64,000 nucleotides of DNA from an uncultured Enterobacteriaceae bacterium (GCA_964400745.1 CAYNVY010000001.1:13560-77559), one strand, 5' to 3'; positions 18,356-28,517 are shown, numbered from the stretch's first letter. Notes: generated by a model from the sequence alone, not told the origin. Program-made: numbers and translations.

Positions 18356-19380
18356 GCCATCGCCATGATTTCGAGCGCGAAATCCGGAGTGCGCCGCAGC
18401 GGTGGCTGGTGACAGGCAGCGCGGGCTTCATCGGATCGCACCTGGTGGAGGCTCTGTTGCGGCTCCATCAGGCGGTGGTGAGCCTGGACAATTTTGCCAC
18501 GGGCCATCGGGCCAACCTGGAAGAAGTGAGGGCCTTGGTCGGAGAAGATGCCTGGGCCAGACACCGCTTCATCGAAGGCGATATAACCGATTCCGGGACC
18601 TGTAGAGACGTCTGTGCAGGAATAGACATCGTCCTGCACGAGGCGGCGCTGGGTTCCGTGCCAAGATCCATCGCGCAGCCCTTGGCGACTCACGCCGCCA
18701 ATGCCACCGGATTTCTCAATATGCTGGATGCGGCGCGACAGGCAGGCGTCAAGCGCTTCGTTTATGCCGCATCGAGTTCCACCTACGGTGACCATGCCGC
18801 GCTACCCAAGCGCGAAGACATCATCGGCAAGCCGCTCTCGCCCTATGCCGTCACCAAGTATCTGAACGAGCTTTACGCCGATGTGTATGGCCGATGCTAC
18901 GCCATGCAAACCATCGGCCTGCGCTATTTCAACGTGTTCGGAGCGCGCCAGGATCCGCTAGGCGCCTATGCGGCGGTGATCCCGCGTTGGGTGAGCCGGA
19001 TGCTCGAAGGGCAGTCTTGCGTCATCAACGGCGATGGCGAGACTTCCCGGGATTTCTGCTACATCGCCAACGTGGTGCAGGCCAATCTGCTGGCGGCAGT
19101 TGCCGCCGATCCGGCCGCGGTGAACCAAGTCTACAACGTCGCATTCGGCGAGGCCACGACGCTCAACACCCTGCACGGCCTACTAGTCGCGAGCCTGACC
19201 GCGCGCAGGCCGGAGTTGTCGGTCGCGCCGGCCGTGTATGCCGATTTCCGCGCCGGCGACGTGCGCCACTCACTCGCCGACATCGACAAGGCCAGGGGAT
19301 TGCTCGGCTATTCACCGACGCACAGCGTCCGTGCCGGGCTGCTCGAAGCGATCGACTGGTATGTAAGCAGCGTGGCTTAG
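18343..19380 (+). CDS. tviC: UDP-N-acetylglucosaminuronate / UDP-GlcNAc 4-epimerase (TviC/WbpP-type SDR)
   Basis: In-frame ATG 18343 gives [39 protein letters not shown], and the catalytic YxxxK is present ([11 protein letters not shown]). The upstream part of ORF 17485..19380 overlaps tviB and is Arg-rich shadow. 13-nt overlap with tviB. Confidence 0.8.
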   Translation: MAPLSHRHDFEREIRSAPQRWLVTGSAGFIGSHLVEALLRLHQAVVSLDNFATGHRANLEEVRALVGEDAWARHRFIEGDITDSGTCRDVCAGIDIVLHEAALGSVPRSIAQPLATHAANATGFLNMLDAARQAGVKRFVYAASSSTYGDHAALPKREDIIGKPLSPYAVTKYLNELYADVYGRCYAMQTIGLRYFNVFGARQDPLGAYAAVIPRWVSRMLEGQSCVINGDGETSRDFCYIANVVQANLLAAVAADPAAVNQVYNVAFGEATTLNTLHGLLVASLTARRPELSVAPAVYADFRAGDVRHSLADIDKARGLLGYSPTHSVRAGLLEAIDWYVSSVA

Positions 19381-19451
19381 GCGACTGCCCGAACCCTTGT
19401 TCGCTCCTGCGCCAATAGCTCCCGTGCCTGCCCACAGCGCCCAGGCAATCT

Positions 19452-20609
19452 GTGGCAAACCTATGGCGAACGCGTCAAGGTGGCGCCATAGAATGGCGAC
19501 CGGCTGATTCGCCCGTGAAACGGCATGTCACTCCACTTGAGCGCAGTGCCCGGTTGCCTCTGTGGTGGGCGCCCTTGTACAACGCATCCTGCAATCGTTC
19601 TATATTCCTTTCCGGTGATTGGCTGCAGTGCTGGCTGGAAGTCTACGGCGAGGATTTCGAAGGGTTCTGGGTCCGATGGGAAAACGACGGGGTCGTCGTC
19701 GGCAGTTGCCTGTTCCTCGCGCGAACCGTCTCCCGGTCGTTCATTAGACTGCGTACGCTCTATCTGAACGCGACGGGCGAAGCGAGCGCGCGCACGCCGC
19801 TCGCCGAGTTCAACGCGGTGCTGCACCTGCCAGGCTTCGAAGACGCTGTCGGCGACGACCTGGCTCGCCTTCTGGCCGAAATGCCCTGGGACCGTCTGCT
19901 GATTTCAGGTCATGAAGACTGCGGCATTCTAGGTAGCCTGATACCCAGGCTGCCCGCCGCCCTGGTGGAACGCGAACTCAAGCCGGCCCCTTTCGTCGAC
20001 CTCGCTGCGATCGCCGGAGCCGCGTTCGAGACGACACTGGGCAGCAGCACGCGCAGCCAATTGCGCCGGTGCCGGCGCCTTTACGAGCAACGGTTGGGCC
20101 CGCTCAGAATTGAGCGCGCGGCAACCTACGAGGCGGCATTGAAGTATTTTCACGAACTGACCAGGCTTAATAACTCGCGTTGGCAGTCCAAAGGTGAAAC
20201 CGGGTCCTTTTCGAGCCCCGAGGTGCTGGATTTCCACCGGCGGCTGCTGGCTTGCCTGTGGCCCGGACAGGGAATCGATCTGCTTTGCGTGCGCGCCGGG
20301 GACGAGGCGCTGGGTTATCTCTACAATTTCACGGATCGCGGAAAGGTCTACTTCTTTCAGTCTGGGTTTGCATACGCGGCGGACGCAAGACTGAAGCCCG
20401 GCCTGCTGACGCACTCTCTCGCGATCGACTATTACGCGAGGCTTGGCTTGCGGGAATACGATTTTCTCGCCGGAGACGCGCGCTACAAGCGTTCGCTTGC
20501 CAAATGCCATCGGAATCTATTCTGGACGATCGCCTATCGAGATCGGTCGTGGGTGCGGTTCTTGCTGTGGATGCGGCGATTCAAACCGAAAACAACACTG
20601 CAAGGCTAG
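19452..20609 (+). CDS. GNAT/FemAB-like acyltransferase (Acetyltransf_6, CelD-type); possibly the XrtA-system-associated FemAB family
   Basis: C-terminal half ...VRAGDEALGYLYNFTDRGKVYFFQSGFAY...PGLLTHSLAIDYYARLGLREYDFLAGDARYKRSLA... is typical of the CelD/BioF2-like GNAT fold. No in-frame ATG near the 5' end (GTG 19452 or a later GTG/TTG). Confidence 0.65.
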   Translation: MANLWRTRQGGAIEWRPADSPVKRHVTPLERSARLPLWWAPLYNASCNRSIFLSGDWLQCWLEVYGEDFEGFWVRWENDGVVVGSCLFLARTVSRSFIRLRTLYLNATGEASARTPLAEFNAVLHLPGFEDAVGDDLARLLAEMPWDRLLISGHEDCGILGSLIPRLPAALVERELKPAPFVDLAAIAGAAFETTLGSSTRSQLRRCRRLYEQRLGPLRIERAATYEAALKYFHELTRLNNSRWQSKGETGSFSSPEVLDFHRRLLACLWPGQGIDLLCVRAGDEALGYLYNFTDRGKVYFFQSGFAYAADARLKPGLLTHSLAIDYYARLGLREYDFLAGDARYKRSLAKCHRNLFWTIAYRDRSWVRFLLWMRRFKPKTTLQG

Positions 20610-20851
20610 CGTCGACGGCGCCCCACGCGGCCAGACAGATCGATTGGTTGCGATTTCTTGCCAACTTTGTTGTGGCGCTTTCTCACCCGCAGTAATGAGT
20701 GCCTATCCGACCTGCCGCGGCACATCCACCGCATCCTGTGACAACATGCGAACCACGCTATCCACTTCCTTCGCTTCCGTTATCTGTGCTGCTTCACGAT
20801 TCTTGTTCCAGCCATATCTGGGCATGCACTCCAGTTCTCCCGTCAGGCTTT

Positions 20852-22351
20852 CTAACTTCCCCGGAAAGGCAGAATCCTTGCGATCCAGCGTCTGATCAAA
20901 CTGCGGTCGTCCTTTGTCAAAACACCGATCAAGGCGGCGACAACAAGAAAGACCGCACTGAAGACGACTCCGGCCAGCAGAAGGTTCAACAGCCCGGACG
21001 AAGTGACTTCGCGTGCAATCTGTGCGCTTACTAGTCCGACAAGCGAGGCGGCGATCACCAGCAGGATACTTGGCAGAGGCAGCAACTGCCGTATCGTGGA
21101 GCGCGTCAACCGCAGCGCGACAACGATGAATATGAGTACCGCAAGATACTGGCTTGCCACCGCCGCTATCACCGGCCCATAGAACCCGATACCCTTGAAC
21201 AGAGCGTAGCTGAGCGCTAGCAGAACTGCGGTCGCGGACAAATTGATGTAGAGGTTCAATCGTGGCTTGCCGAATATCTGCGGTATCGGGCTGAGAATGA
21301 GCATATTTAGCGGTACCAGCCAGAGATAAATTCTAAAAACGTGCACGCTTTCAGCATAGTCTGCGGTGAACAGCACCGTGATGAACTGTTCGGAATATCC
21401 GTACAGAAATACAAAACTCGGCAGCACAATTATCGAGAGTTTGCGCACCGATTCGCGAAGCACTCGGACAACCTCGGTCAGGTTGCCGTCGCGGACCAGC
21501 GGTGGGAGCGATGCACGCAGTACGTTTGCGACCGAGGCTTGAAAAATCACATCTAGAGGTATTTCAAGGGCGCCCACGCTGTAAAGAGCGTATTCCGCTG
21601 CAGTGAATGAAGTTGCCAGAATTCCCTTGTTGAATGTGCTGCCGACAATCCCGACCACGGCGACGAGCGCGATCGGTATGCTGTAGCCGAGCTGCTCCAT
21701 AGTGAACAGGTGCCTCGACCAACCGGCAAACCGCAGATCTGCTGTACTGAAGAGGTAGGCGGTGCGTACGACAAATCGAAGCGCAGCATACAGCACGATT
21801 CCGACAATCAGACCGCTGAACCCGAACCCGAACCACAAAGGCAATAGCAGCACGAGTACCCGTATAAAAGTCTCGCCGGTTTCGAACGCAAGGGATAGGC
21901 CATAGCGATTCTGCGCGATCATAAAATGGACAGAATGCTCACTCGCGATCATGAACACGATGGAGACAGCATAAAGCTTCAGCAAATCGGCTATCGACGG
22001 ATTGTTGAGAATGTCGGCGATCGCCGGAGCACCGAAAAAGACCGCGGCGGCGGCCATCGCGCCGCCAATCCCAAGCATGAGCGAGGTCTGGACAACCAGG
22101 GTCGGTATGCGCTCCGGCGATACGTAGTGATAAAAATAATATATGGACGTTGGCAGACCCAGGGTCATGATGCTTAACGCAGCCCAACCTATGAAAATCA
22201 TCTGCTGATACGCGCCGTAGTCGCTTTGGCTAAGCATTCGCACCAGCACCATTGGCATGACAAATCCCACCGCATACTTGATCAAGTTTGCGAGGATCAG
22301 ATATCCCGCTTTGTCAGACAATGAATTCACGAAATGGCGTCTGCGGCGCAT
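20852..22351 (-). CDS. Oligosaccharide-unit flippase (Wzx-like, MOP superfamily)
   Basis: About 500 aa with 12-14 predicted TM helices and lower GC than the flanks. The ORF-track start 22381 is TTG; the first ATG (22351) gives MRRRRHFVNSLSDKAGYLILANLIKY.... Confidence 0.75.
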   Translation of the reverse strand: MRRRRHFVNSLSDKAGYLILANLIKYAVGFVMPMVLVRMLSQSDYGAYQQMIFIGWAALSIMTLGLPTSIYYFYHYVSPERIPTLVVQTSLMLGIGGAMAAAAVFFGAPAIADILNNPSIADLLKLYAVSIVFMIASEHSVHFMIAQNRYGLSLAFETGETFIRVLVLLLPLWFGFGFSGLIVGIVLYAALRFVVRTAYLFSTADLRFAGWSRHLFTMEQLGYSIPIALVAVVGIVGSTFNKGILATSFTAAEYALYSVGALEIPLDVIFQASVANVLRASLPPLVRDGNLTEVVRVLRESVRKLSIIVLPSFVFLYGYSEQFITVLFTADYAESVHVFRIYLWLVPLNMLILSPIPQIFGKPRLNLYINLSATAVLLALSYALFKGIGFYGPVIAAVASQYLAVLIFIVVALRLTRSTIRQLLPLPSILLVIAASLVGLVSAQIAREVTSSGLLNLLLAGVVFSAVFLVVAALIGVLTKDDRSLIRRWIARILPFRGS

Positions 22352-22564
22352 TGATGGGTAGAAAATCCAGCATTTTGACAACCCGTATCAACGGTCCCGC
22401 ATTGAAGCGGAATGAGTCCAGTTGTAATCGGCCCATCGGCATAGTAATCTATACTGCGCAGGTTCAAGTTATTCATGTTTGATTTTAGCATTTCGCTGGC
22501 TGCGTATAGCGTGCAAGTAAATAGCGATGCACGCCTAACCTTTCTTAACATTCCATCTTTCAAA

Positions 22565-24010
22565 ATGACCGGAAACACATCGATGTATCCGCTGGTGGTG
22601 GACCTCGACGGCACGCTGACGCCGACGGATACGCTGTGGGAGTCATTGGTACGGCTTGCCAAGAATCGCCCAAGCGCTCTGTTGCGTCTGCCTTTCTGGG
22701 TGCTGCGCGGGCGCGCCGCGTTCAAGGCGCACGTAGCGCGCAGCATTACCTGGAACGGGGATGGCGTTCCTTTGCACGAAGGCTTTCTCGCGTACCTGCA
22801 CGAACAGACGAAGGCTAATCGGAGGATCATTCTGGCGACCGCTGCCAACATCCAAATCGCATCAACCATTGCCAAACGCGTGGGTCTGTTCGATACAGTC
22901 ATCGCCAGTGACGACAAAGTCAACCTTAAAGGAGCCAAGAAGCTCGATGCGATTCGGGAACAAGTGGGGGAGCACTTCGTGTATGCGGGGGATAGCGTCG
23001 CCGACATTCCGATTTGGGCGGCGGCCGATGCATCGATTCTAGTGGCGGGATCTCCTAGCCTTAGAAAAAAGGTCCAGGCTTGCTCCACGATCGAGCGCGA
23101 GTTCGAACCCAAAGCCGCAGGTCTTCGGGTCTGGCTGCGAGCCATTCGGGTACATCAGTGGCTGAAGAACCTGCTCGTGTTTGTACCGCTGCTCACTTCA
23201 TTCGCCCTGTTCAATCTTTCGCAGCTAGGCGTGGCGATTATGGCATTCGTTGCTTTCTCGCTCGCCGCATCGGCGACCTATCTCGTCAACGATCTCTGGG
23301 ACCTCGACAGCGACCGCGCCCATCCGCGCAAGCGCGACAGACCGCTCGCAAGCGCGAGCATCGGCATTCCTCAAGCCCTCGGCGTAGCCGCTGGGCTCAT
23401 GTTGATCGCTTTCATTGCCGCGATAACTGCGGGCCATCGGTTCGCCTTGCTGCTGCTCGTCTACGTCGCTCTTACGAGCGCGTACAGCGCACTGCTGAAG
23501 CGCTACGTCGTGGCGGATGTCCTTACACTAGCCTGCCTGTACACGCTGAGGATACTGGCCGGCGCAGTGGCCATCGGAGTCGTAGTATCGACCTGGCTAC
23601 TCGCTTTCTCGGCGTTTCTTTTCTTTGGACTTGCACTGGTCAAGCGATGCGCAGAACTGGTGACGCTGGAACACTCGGGCAAGACCAATGCTGCCGGGCG
23701 CAATTATTACGTAACCGATCTAAAGGTACTTTGGCCGATGGGCGTTGGTGCAAGCTTGAGTGCTGTGGTGGTTTTTGGACTCTTTATCAATTCGCCGGAG
23801 ACGGGACTCCGGTACGCCAGCCCGCAAATGATATGGTTGGCGGCGTTGGGTCTGACGTATTGGCTAACCAGACTTTGGATAAAGACTGCGCGGGGCGAAA
23901 TGCATGACGATCCGATAGTGTTCGCCATTCTCGACGCCAATAGCCGGGCTACTTTATTTCTCATAGTCGTAGTTACGCTCTTCTCATACTTTGTCAAGAC
24001 CGGACTATAG
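22565..24010 (+). CDS. Fusion protein: HAD-IB phosphatase domain + UbiA-family polyprenyl-phosphate phosphoribosyltransferase (DPPR-synthase-like)
   Basis: HAD motifs are VVDLDGTL (DxDxT), ILATAAN, KGAKK and YAGDSVADIP. The membrane domain begins RVHQWLKNLLVFVPLL and carries NDLWDLDSDRAHPRKRDRPLASA, the NDxxDxxxDxxHPxKxxRPxA signature of decaprenyl-phosphate phosphoribosyltransferase-type UbiA enzymes. Start is 22565 or 22583. Confidence 0.8.
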   Translation: MTGNTSMYPLVVDLDGTLTPTDTLWESLVRLAKNRPSALLRLPFWVLRGRAAFKAHVARSITWNGDGVPLHEGFLAYLHEQTKANRRIILATAANIQIASTIAKRVGLFDTVIASDDKVNLKGAKKLDAIREQVGEHFVYAGDSVADIPIWAAADASILVAGSPSLRKKVQACSTIEREFEPKAAGLRVWLRAIRVHQWLKNLLVFVPLLTSFALFNLSQLGVAIMAFVAFSLAASATYLVNDLWDLDSDRAHPRKRDRPLASASIGIPQALGVAAGLMLIAFIAAITAGHRFALLLLVYVALTSAYSALLKRYVVADVLTLACLYTLRILAGAVAIGVVVSTWLLAFSAFLFFGLALVKRCAELVTLEHSGKTNAAGRNYYVTDLKVLWPMGVGASLSAVVVFGLFINSPETGLRYASPQMIWLAALGLTYWLTRLWIKTARGEMHDDPIVFAILDANSRATLFLIVVVTLFSYFVKTGL

Positions 24011-24274
24011 ACGTCCATCGCGTTTGTCGCATGGATCACGGTAGCTCGCCCCCCTATGAATCGAGACCGTGCAACGCCACCTACCCTTCCCGCATTCTTG
24101 CGGAAACTCTTGATAGTTGGGCAAGAAGGCGCCTAGTCAGTAGCACGCCTTTGGCGTTAGACTACTCAGCGTCGTCAATTGCTTCGAATCCGAATCGGTC
24201 GAGTTTTTTGGCTTCTTTGCAAGTTCTGTGGAATTGCGACGCGCCGGTACTTCCAATAGGGACTTAAAGATCCA

Positions 24275-25501
24275 ATGATGTCACTTAGCTTTTGGTATCC
24301 TGTCGTTCATTTTGTTCAACCGGGCATTTTGTGGCCGGACCTCGCTCCCTTTTATCCACTGCAGATAGCCAACATTCTCGTACTAATTACATGTCTTGCC
24401 AAGCTGGGAGACCGAAGAACTGTCGATGCATTCAAACACCCCGCATTCTACTGGATGATATTCTTTGTCCTGATTATACGCAGCCTTTCCGTGGTCTCAA
24501 GCAGTATGTCCGCCGCTCTTTCCGAAGTGATCTTTAACCTTCCAATCGCGGTATTCGTAATACTTTCAATATTACTGGCTAACTCCGAGAAGAATCTCCG
24601 CAGATATATTCTGGGGATGATGCTCGGGAGCATGTTCATAGTCGGTTATGGCATCTATGCTTTGCACACTGGGATGAGGGATGTCCAATGGGGGGGGCTG
24701 GCTGGCGCCTACGGGATGTACGCGAATCACAATGATTACACCTTTATTATTATCCAAGTCTTCCCATTTCTATATTTGTACCGCAGAGCCGGCACCGGCT
24801 TCTTGCGCAACGGCTTTCTGTATGCCGCAATGGCGGCGTGTATTTATGGAATGCTCGTTTCCAGATCTCGCGGGGGAGTACTCGCCATGGTGCTCGAGGT
24901 TGTCTTGATCATCTTGCTGACCAAGACTAGAAAGCAGCAGTTTATTCTCCTTCCTATCGTCCTGATACTGGGGGGTGCCGCGATAAGCTACCAGTTCACA
25001 CAGAGGGCGTCATTGTCAGCCGAGAGTGGCTACACTCAACAGAAAGCCGAGTCATCCCGTTTTGAACTTTGGAAGGCTGGCCAGAACATGTTCCTGGCGC
25101 ACCCTATATTAGGTGTGGGAAGTCAGCGTTTCGCGGAATTTGCCAAGGATTATTACGACCTCAGCTATGACCAGCGAGGAAAGGTTGCGCATAATACGTA
25201 TATTCAGGTGGCAGCCACGACCGGCATACTCGGGATAATCGGATTTTTGGCCACGCTGATTGCAGTCAGAAGGGAACTACGGATAAAGAATACAGGTGGC
25301 GACCTTGCGTCCTTGGAGTGGATTCGCGCGGCGGCATTGATTTTTTTTTATACAATCCTGTTTCGTGCGCTTTTCGATTCGAAGGATCACGATTGGGGCT
25401 TTTATCTACTCGTCGTGATCGCAAGTTTAATTCACGGGTTGCGGTCCAATTTGGAACGTCCTGTGACTGCCAATGGCACTGTTGGCGGCACCCATTCCTG
25501 A
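24275..25501 (+). CDS. Wzy-like polymerase / O-antigen-ligase family membrane protein
   Basis: Ten or more TM helices and the Wzy_C-type loop ...MLVSRSRGGVLAMVLE.... Low GC. Contains a G8 (24690-24697) and a T9 (25341-25349) tract. Confidence 0.75.
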   Translation: MMSLSFWYPVVHFVQPGILWPDLAPFYPLQIANILVLITCLAKLGDRRTVDAFKHPAFYWMIFFVLIIRSLSVVSSSMSAALSEVIFNLPIAVFVILSILLANSEKNLRRYILGMMLGSMFIVGYGIYALHTGMRDVQWGGLAGAYGMYANHNDYTFIIIQVFPFLYLYRRAGTGFLRNGFLYAAMAACIYGMLVSRSRGGVLAMVLEVVLIILLTKTRKQQFILLPIVLILGGAAISYQFTQRASLSAESGYTQQKAESSRFELWKAGQNMFLAHPILGVGSQRFAEFAKDYYDLSYDQRGKVAHNTYIQVAATTGILGIIGFLATLIAVRRELRIKNTGGDLASLEWIRAAALIFFYTILFRALFDSKDHDWGFYLLVVIASLIHGLRSNLERPVTANGTVGGTHS

Positions 25502-26767
25502 GTGCGGGGGAACATGTTCGCCAGAAATCAAACAACACGGGATCGCGTCATCTTGACTGCGGCCGCAATTCTCGCGGTGAGCGCAATAGGGCTCTTCGTT
25601 TGGCGCTATGGAATGTATTCGGGGGACGACCGCATCACCCTGTTTGCGGTCGCACAGCATTCGCTCGATTCTACTTTTAAGGATTACATTCGGCCGCTGG
25701 AGTATCTCGCTGTTGAAGCAGCGAATCGGCTATTCTTGCCAATCTGGATTGCCATTTCGATAGCTGCCGCCGTCACCGCGGCAATGGTAAATGTCCGAAC
25801 CGCCGAGATGGTGACGAATTCCCGCCTAGATCGCCGACTGCGCCTTCTTGCGGTCGTGGGAAGCCCGCTTTGGTTCTACACCGTGTCGCAGGTGGATACG
25901 GTTAGCCAGGCGCTGTGTAATTTATTGTTCTCGGCCGCGCTGTTCTGCCTGGCAGGCCTGCTGTTCAATGCAAAAAGCCCGGAAACAACGCGCCTTGCCA
26001 CCGCTATCAATGTTATTTGTTCGTTGCTGCTCTATACAAAAGAACTCGCCCTGGCGGCGGCGCTGGTCTTGCCGGCGATCGCTGCATTTCATCAACTGAG
26101 GGCCCGCCGCTGGTCGTACTACTACGTACTATCCGGCGTCACACTGGCTGTCGCTGTCATGGCTTGGATTGCGCTCAAGCTTGTTTACAGGGGGATGCTT
26201 CCGGAGGCAGACGGGCGTCTGAATATGACGCCGGGCGTCCTGGATGTCGTTCGTAACACAGTCGCCACGTTTGCCTTCCCGTTGGTCCCGCTGCCAAGCA
26301 GCTTCCTGTCGTTCTCGCGTCTGGAGTCTGCGTGGGTTGTCTGCGGGGTGCTGGCGACGTCGTACTTCTTCTGGTCGATGCGCAGGCTGGACTGGCGGGC
26401 CACACAGGTCAGGTGGTTCGTATTGGCTGTTCTGGGCTCATGTTTTCCGATGTTCTATGTGCACGCGTCGGAACTTTACGCATCCATGGTCGGCTCTCTC
26501 TTCCTTACCATGCTGCTTCTCCTGACCCCGGAGAATGTATGGCTCAAGAGGTCGTACTGTGCGTTGTTGCTGGCGTGCTCGTATGCCAATTGCGCCGCCT
26601 ACTTCAATTACGATCTTATCGAAGGCGCAAATCTCGAACGAAAGGCCTATAGCGTCTATTTTGGTCCAAACGGCTTGTACTTCGGAAAGCAGCGGGTTGC
26701 AGCCATATGTCCGGTACGTACGACCAGGTCAGTGGCTTGGTCCGGTGAAAGGATTGTGTGTCAATAG
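25502..26767 (+). CDS. Polytopic membrane protein of unknown function (possible GT-C-type glycosyltransferase)
   Basis: Abuts the stop of the Wzy-like gene (GTG 25502; ATG 25514). About 11 hydrophobic helices, with an acidic YSGDD motif in the loop right after TM1, as in GT-C enzymes. No family recognised with confidence. Confidence 0.55.
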   Translation: MRGNMFARNQTTRDRVILTAAAILAVSAIGLFVWRYGMYSGDDRITLFAVAQHSLDSTFKDYIRPLEYLAVEAANRLFLPIWIAISIAAAVTAAMVNVRTAEMVTNSRLDRRLRLLAVVGSPLWFYTVSQVDTVSQALCNLLFSAALFCLAGLLFNAKSPETTRLATAINVICSLLLYTKELALAAALVLPAIAAFHQLRARRWSYYYVLSGVTLAVAVMAWIALKLVYRGMLPEADGRLNMTPGVLDVVRNTVATFAFPLVPLPSSFLSFSRLESAWVVCGVLATSYFFWSMRRLDWRATQVRWFVLAVLGSCFPMFYVHASELYASMVGSLFLTMLLLLTPENVWLKRSYCALLLACSYANCAAYFNYDLIEGANLERKAYSVYFGPNGLYFGKQRVAAICPVRTTRSVAWSGERIVCQ

Positions 26768-27086
26768 GATCAGACAACGTGCAGCGTCCGCCCCAATGCC
26801 ATTGCCTGCGCCAACCTATTGTTCGGTATGGCAGAAAGTATGATTCGAAGAGATGTGGTTCGAGAAACAAAGTGCGACAGCGTAGACGCAACGTCGTCCG
26901 TACCAGAATTTCGGATGACCCGCAACGCGACAAACACGACGCGCACTTATCGAGCCGTTCTATTGACTCGACCAGTAGTCTTTCTCATGCGCTTGGTAAT
27001 ATTGTCGTCTGGGGACCTGATGCACGCTGTTTCGGCGAATAAGCTAACGTACATATTTGAGTCACAATCTTCTGGGATGCCACGCG

Positions 27087-28517
27087 GTGCTTTTTAATTC
27101 GATCGAGTTTCTGATTTTTCTCCCGGTCGTTCTCGCGATCTACTATCTGCTTTCCCATCGCGCTCAAAATACGTTTCTGGTTTTCGCCAGCTGCTTCTTC
27201 TACGCCAGCTGGGACTGGCGTTTTCTGTTCCCGCTTCTGTTCTCCACCACCATCGACTATTTTTGCGCCGGGCGCATCGAGAGGTCGTTCGAACGCGGGG
27301 AACCGATACAAGCGCGAAGAACATACTTGATCGTCAGCCTGGTAACCAACCTTGGGCTGCTCGCCTTTTTCAAGTATTTCAATTTTTTTGCCGACTCTTT
27401 CCATGAACTGTTTGCGGCATTCGGGGTCAACCTGCCCATGCCGGCGTTGCGCGTCATTCTGCCGATCGGCATTTCCTTCTATACCTTTCAGGCACTCAGC
27501 TACACCATAGACGTATATCGCGGAAAGCTGCACGCGACGCGCTCATTCTGGGACTTCTTCCTTGCCGTGCTGTTCTTTCCGCATTTGGTCGCGGGTCCGA
27601 TTCAGCGCGCCGCCAACCTTATTGCGCAGGTGGTGACGCCGCGCAAGACATCCCGGACGCAAGTTGTCGATGGCCTGCATCTGATCCTGTGGGGCTTTTT
27701 CAAGAAGGTTTATATTGCGGACGGGCTGGCACCGATCGTCAATCAGATATTCGGCGCGCCCACGGCAACTGGCGGTGAGACGCTTGTGGCTGTGCTTGCC
27801 TTCGCGTTCCAGATCTATTGCGACTTTTCCGGGTATACGGATATTGCACGCGGCGTGGCGAAGCTGATGGGCTTCGAGTTCATGCTCAATTTCAATCTGC
27901 CCTACTTCGCGACCAATCCATCCGACTTTTGGAAGCGTTGGCATATCAGCCTATCCTCCTGGCTGCGCGACTATTTATATGTTTCACTCGGTGGAAACCG
28001 GAATAGCGCTGCCAAGACCTACCGCAATCTGATCTTGACGATGATTCTCGGCGGCCTGTGGCACGGGGCGGCCTGGAATTTCGTGGCGTGGGGAGCGTAC
28101 CACGGCATCCTGCTGGTGCTACACCGCTTGCTGACGCCCGCGCTCGCAGGCGTTGCCCGCGTCGCGACAGGTTATTGGAGGCGGCCATGGCTGGCGGGAC
28201 GCATCGCTGTAATGTTCGCGCTAACCTGCTATGGCTGGCTTCTTTTTCGGGCTACGTCGTTCCACCAAATCTGGGCGATGACGACAGCGCTCCGCCATCC
28301 GCTTGAGGGTTTGCCGGTTGATTCGCTCCGGACTGTGCTGATGCTGATTGCACCGCTGTTCATGGTCCAATTGATCCAGTACAACACAGATCGTCTTGAG
28401 TTTATGCGGCAACGATGGCTCCCGCAAACGGCGCGCGTCTCGATCTATTCATTGATGCTGTACAGCATTGTGTTCCTTGGCTCAACGCCGCAGGCGTTTA
28501 TTTATTTCCAATTTTAG
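27087..28517 (+). CDS. MBOAT-family polysaccharide O-acyltransferase (AlgI-like)
   Basis: GTG 27087 gives (M)LFNSIEFLIFLPVVLAIYYL, the usual MBOAT N-terminus. The conserved ...SSWLRDYLYVSLGGNR... and ...GGLWHGAAWNF... (catalytic His) are present. Confidence 0.85.
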   Translation: MLFNSIEFLIFLPVVLAIYYLLSHRAQNTFLVFASCFFYASWDWRFLFPLLFSTTIDYFCAGRIERSFERGEPIQARRTYLIVSLVTNLGLLAFFKYFNFFADSFHELFAAFGVNLPMPALRVILPIGISFYTFQALSYTIDVYRGKLHATRSFWDFFLAVLFFPHLVAGPIQRAANLIAQVVTPRKTSRTQVVDGLHLILWGFFKKVYIADGLAPIVNQIFGAPTATGGETLVAVLAFAFQIYCDFSGYTDIARGVAKLMGFEFMLNFNLPYFATNPSDFWKRWHISLSSWLRDYLYVSLGGNRNSAAKTYRNLILTMILGGLWHGAAWNFVAWGAYHGILLVLHRLLTPALAGVARVATGYWRRPWLAGRIAVMFALTCYGWLLFRATSFHQIWAMTTALRHPLEGLPVDSLRTVLMLIAPLFMVQLIQYNTDRLEFMRQRWLPQTARVSIYSLMLYSIVFLGSTPQAFIYFQF

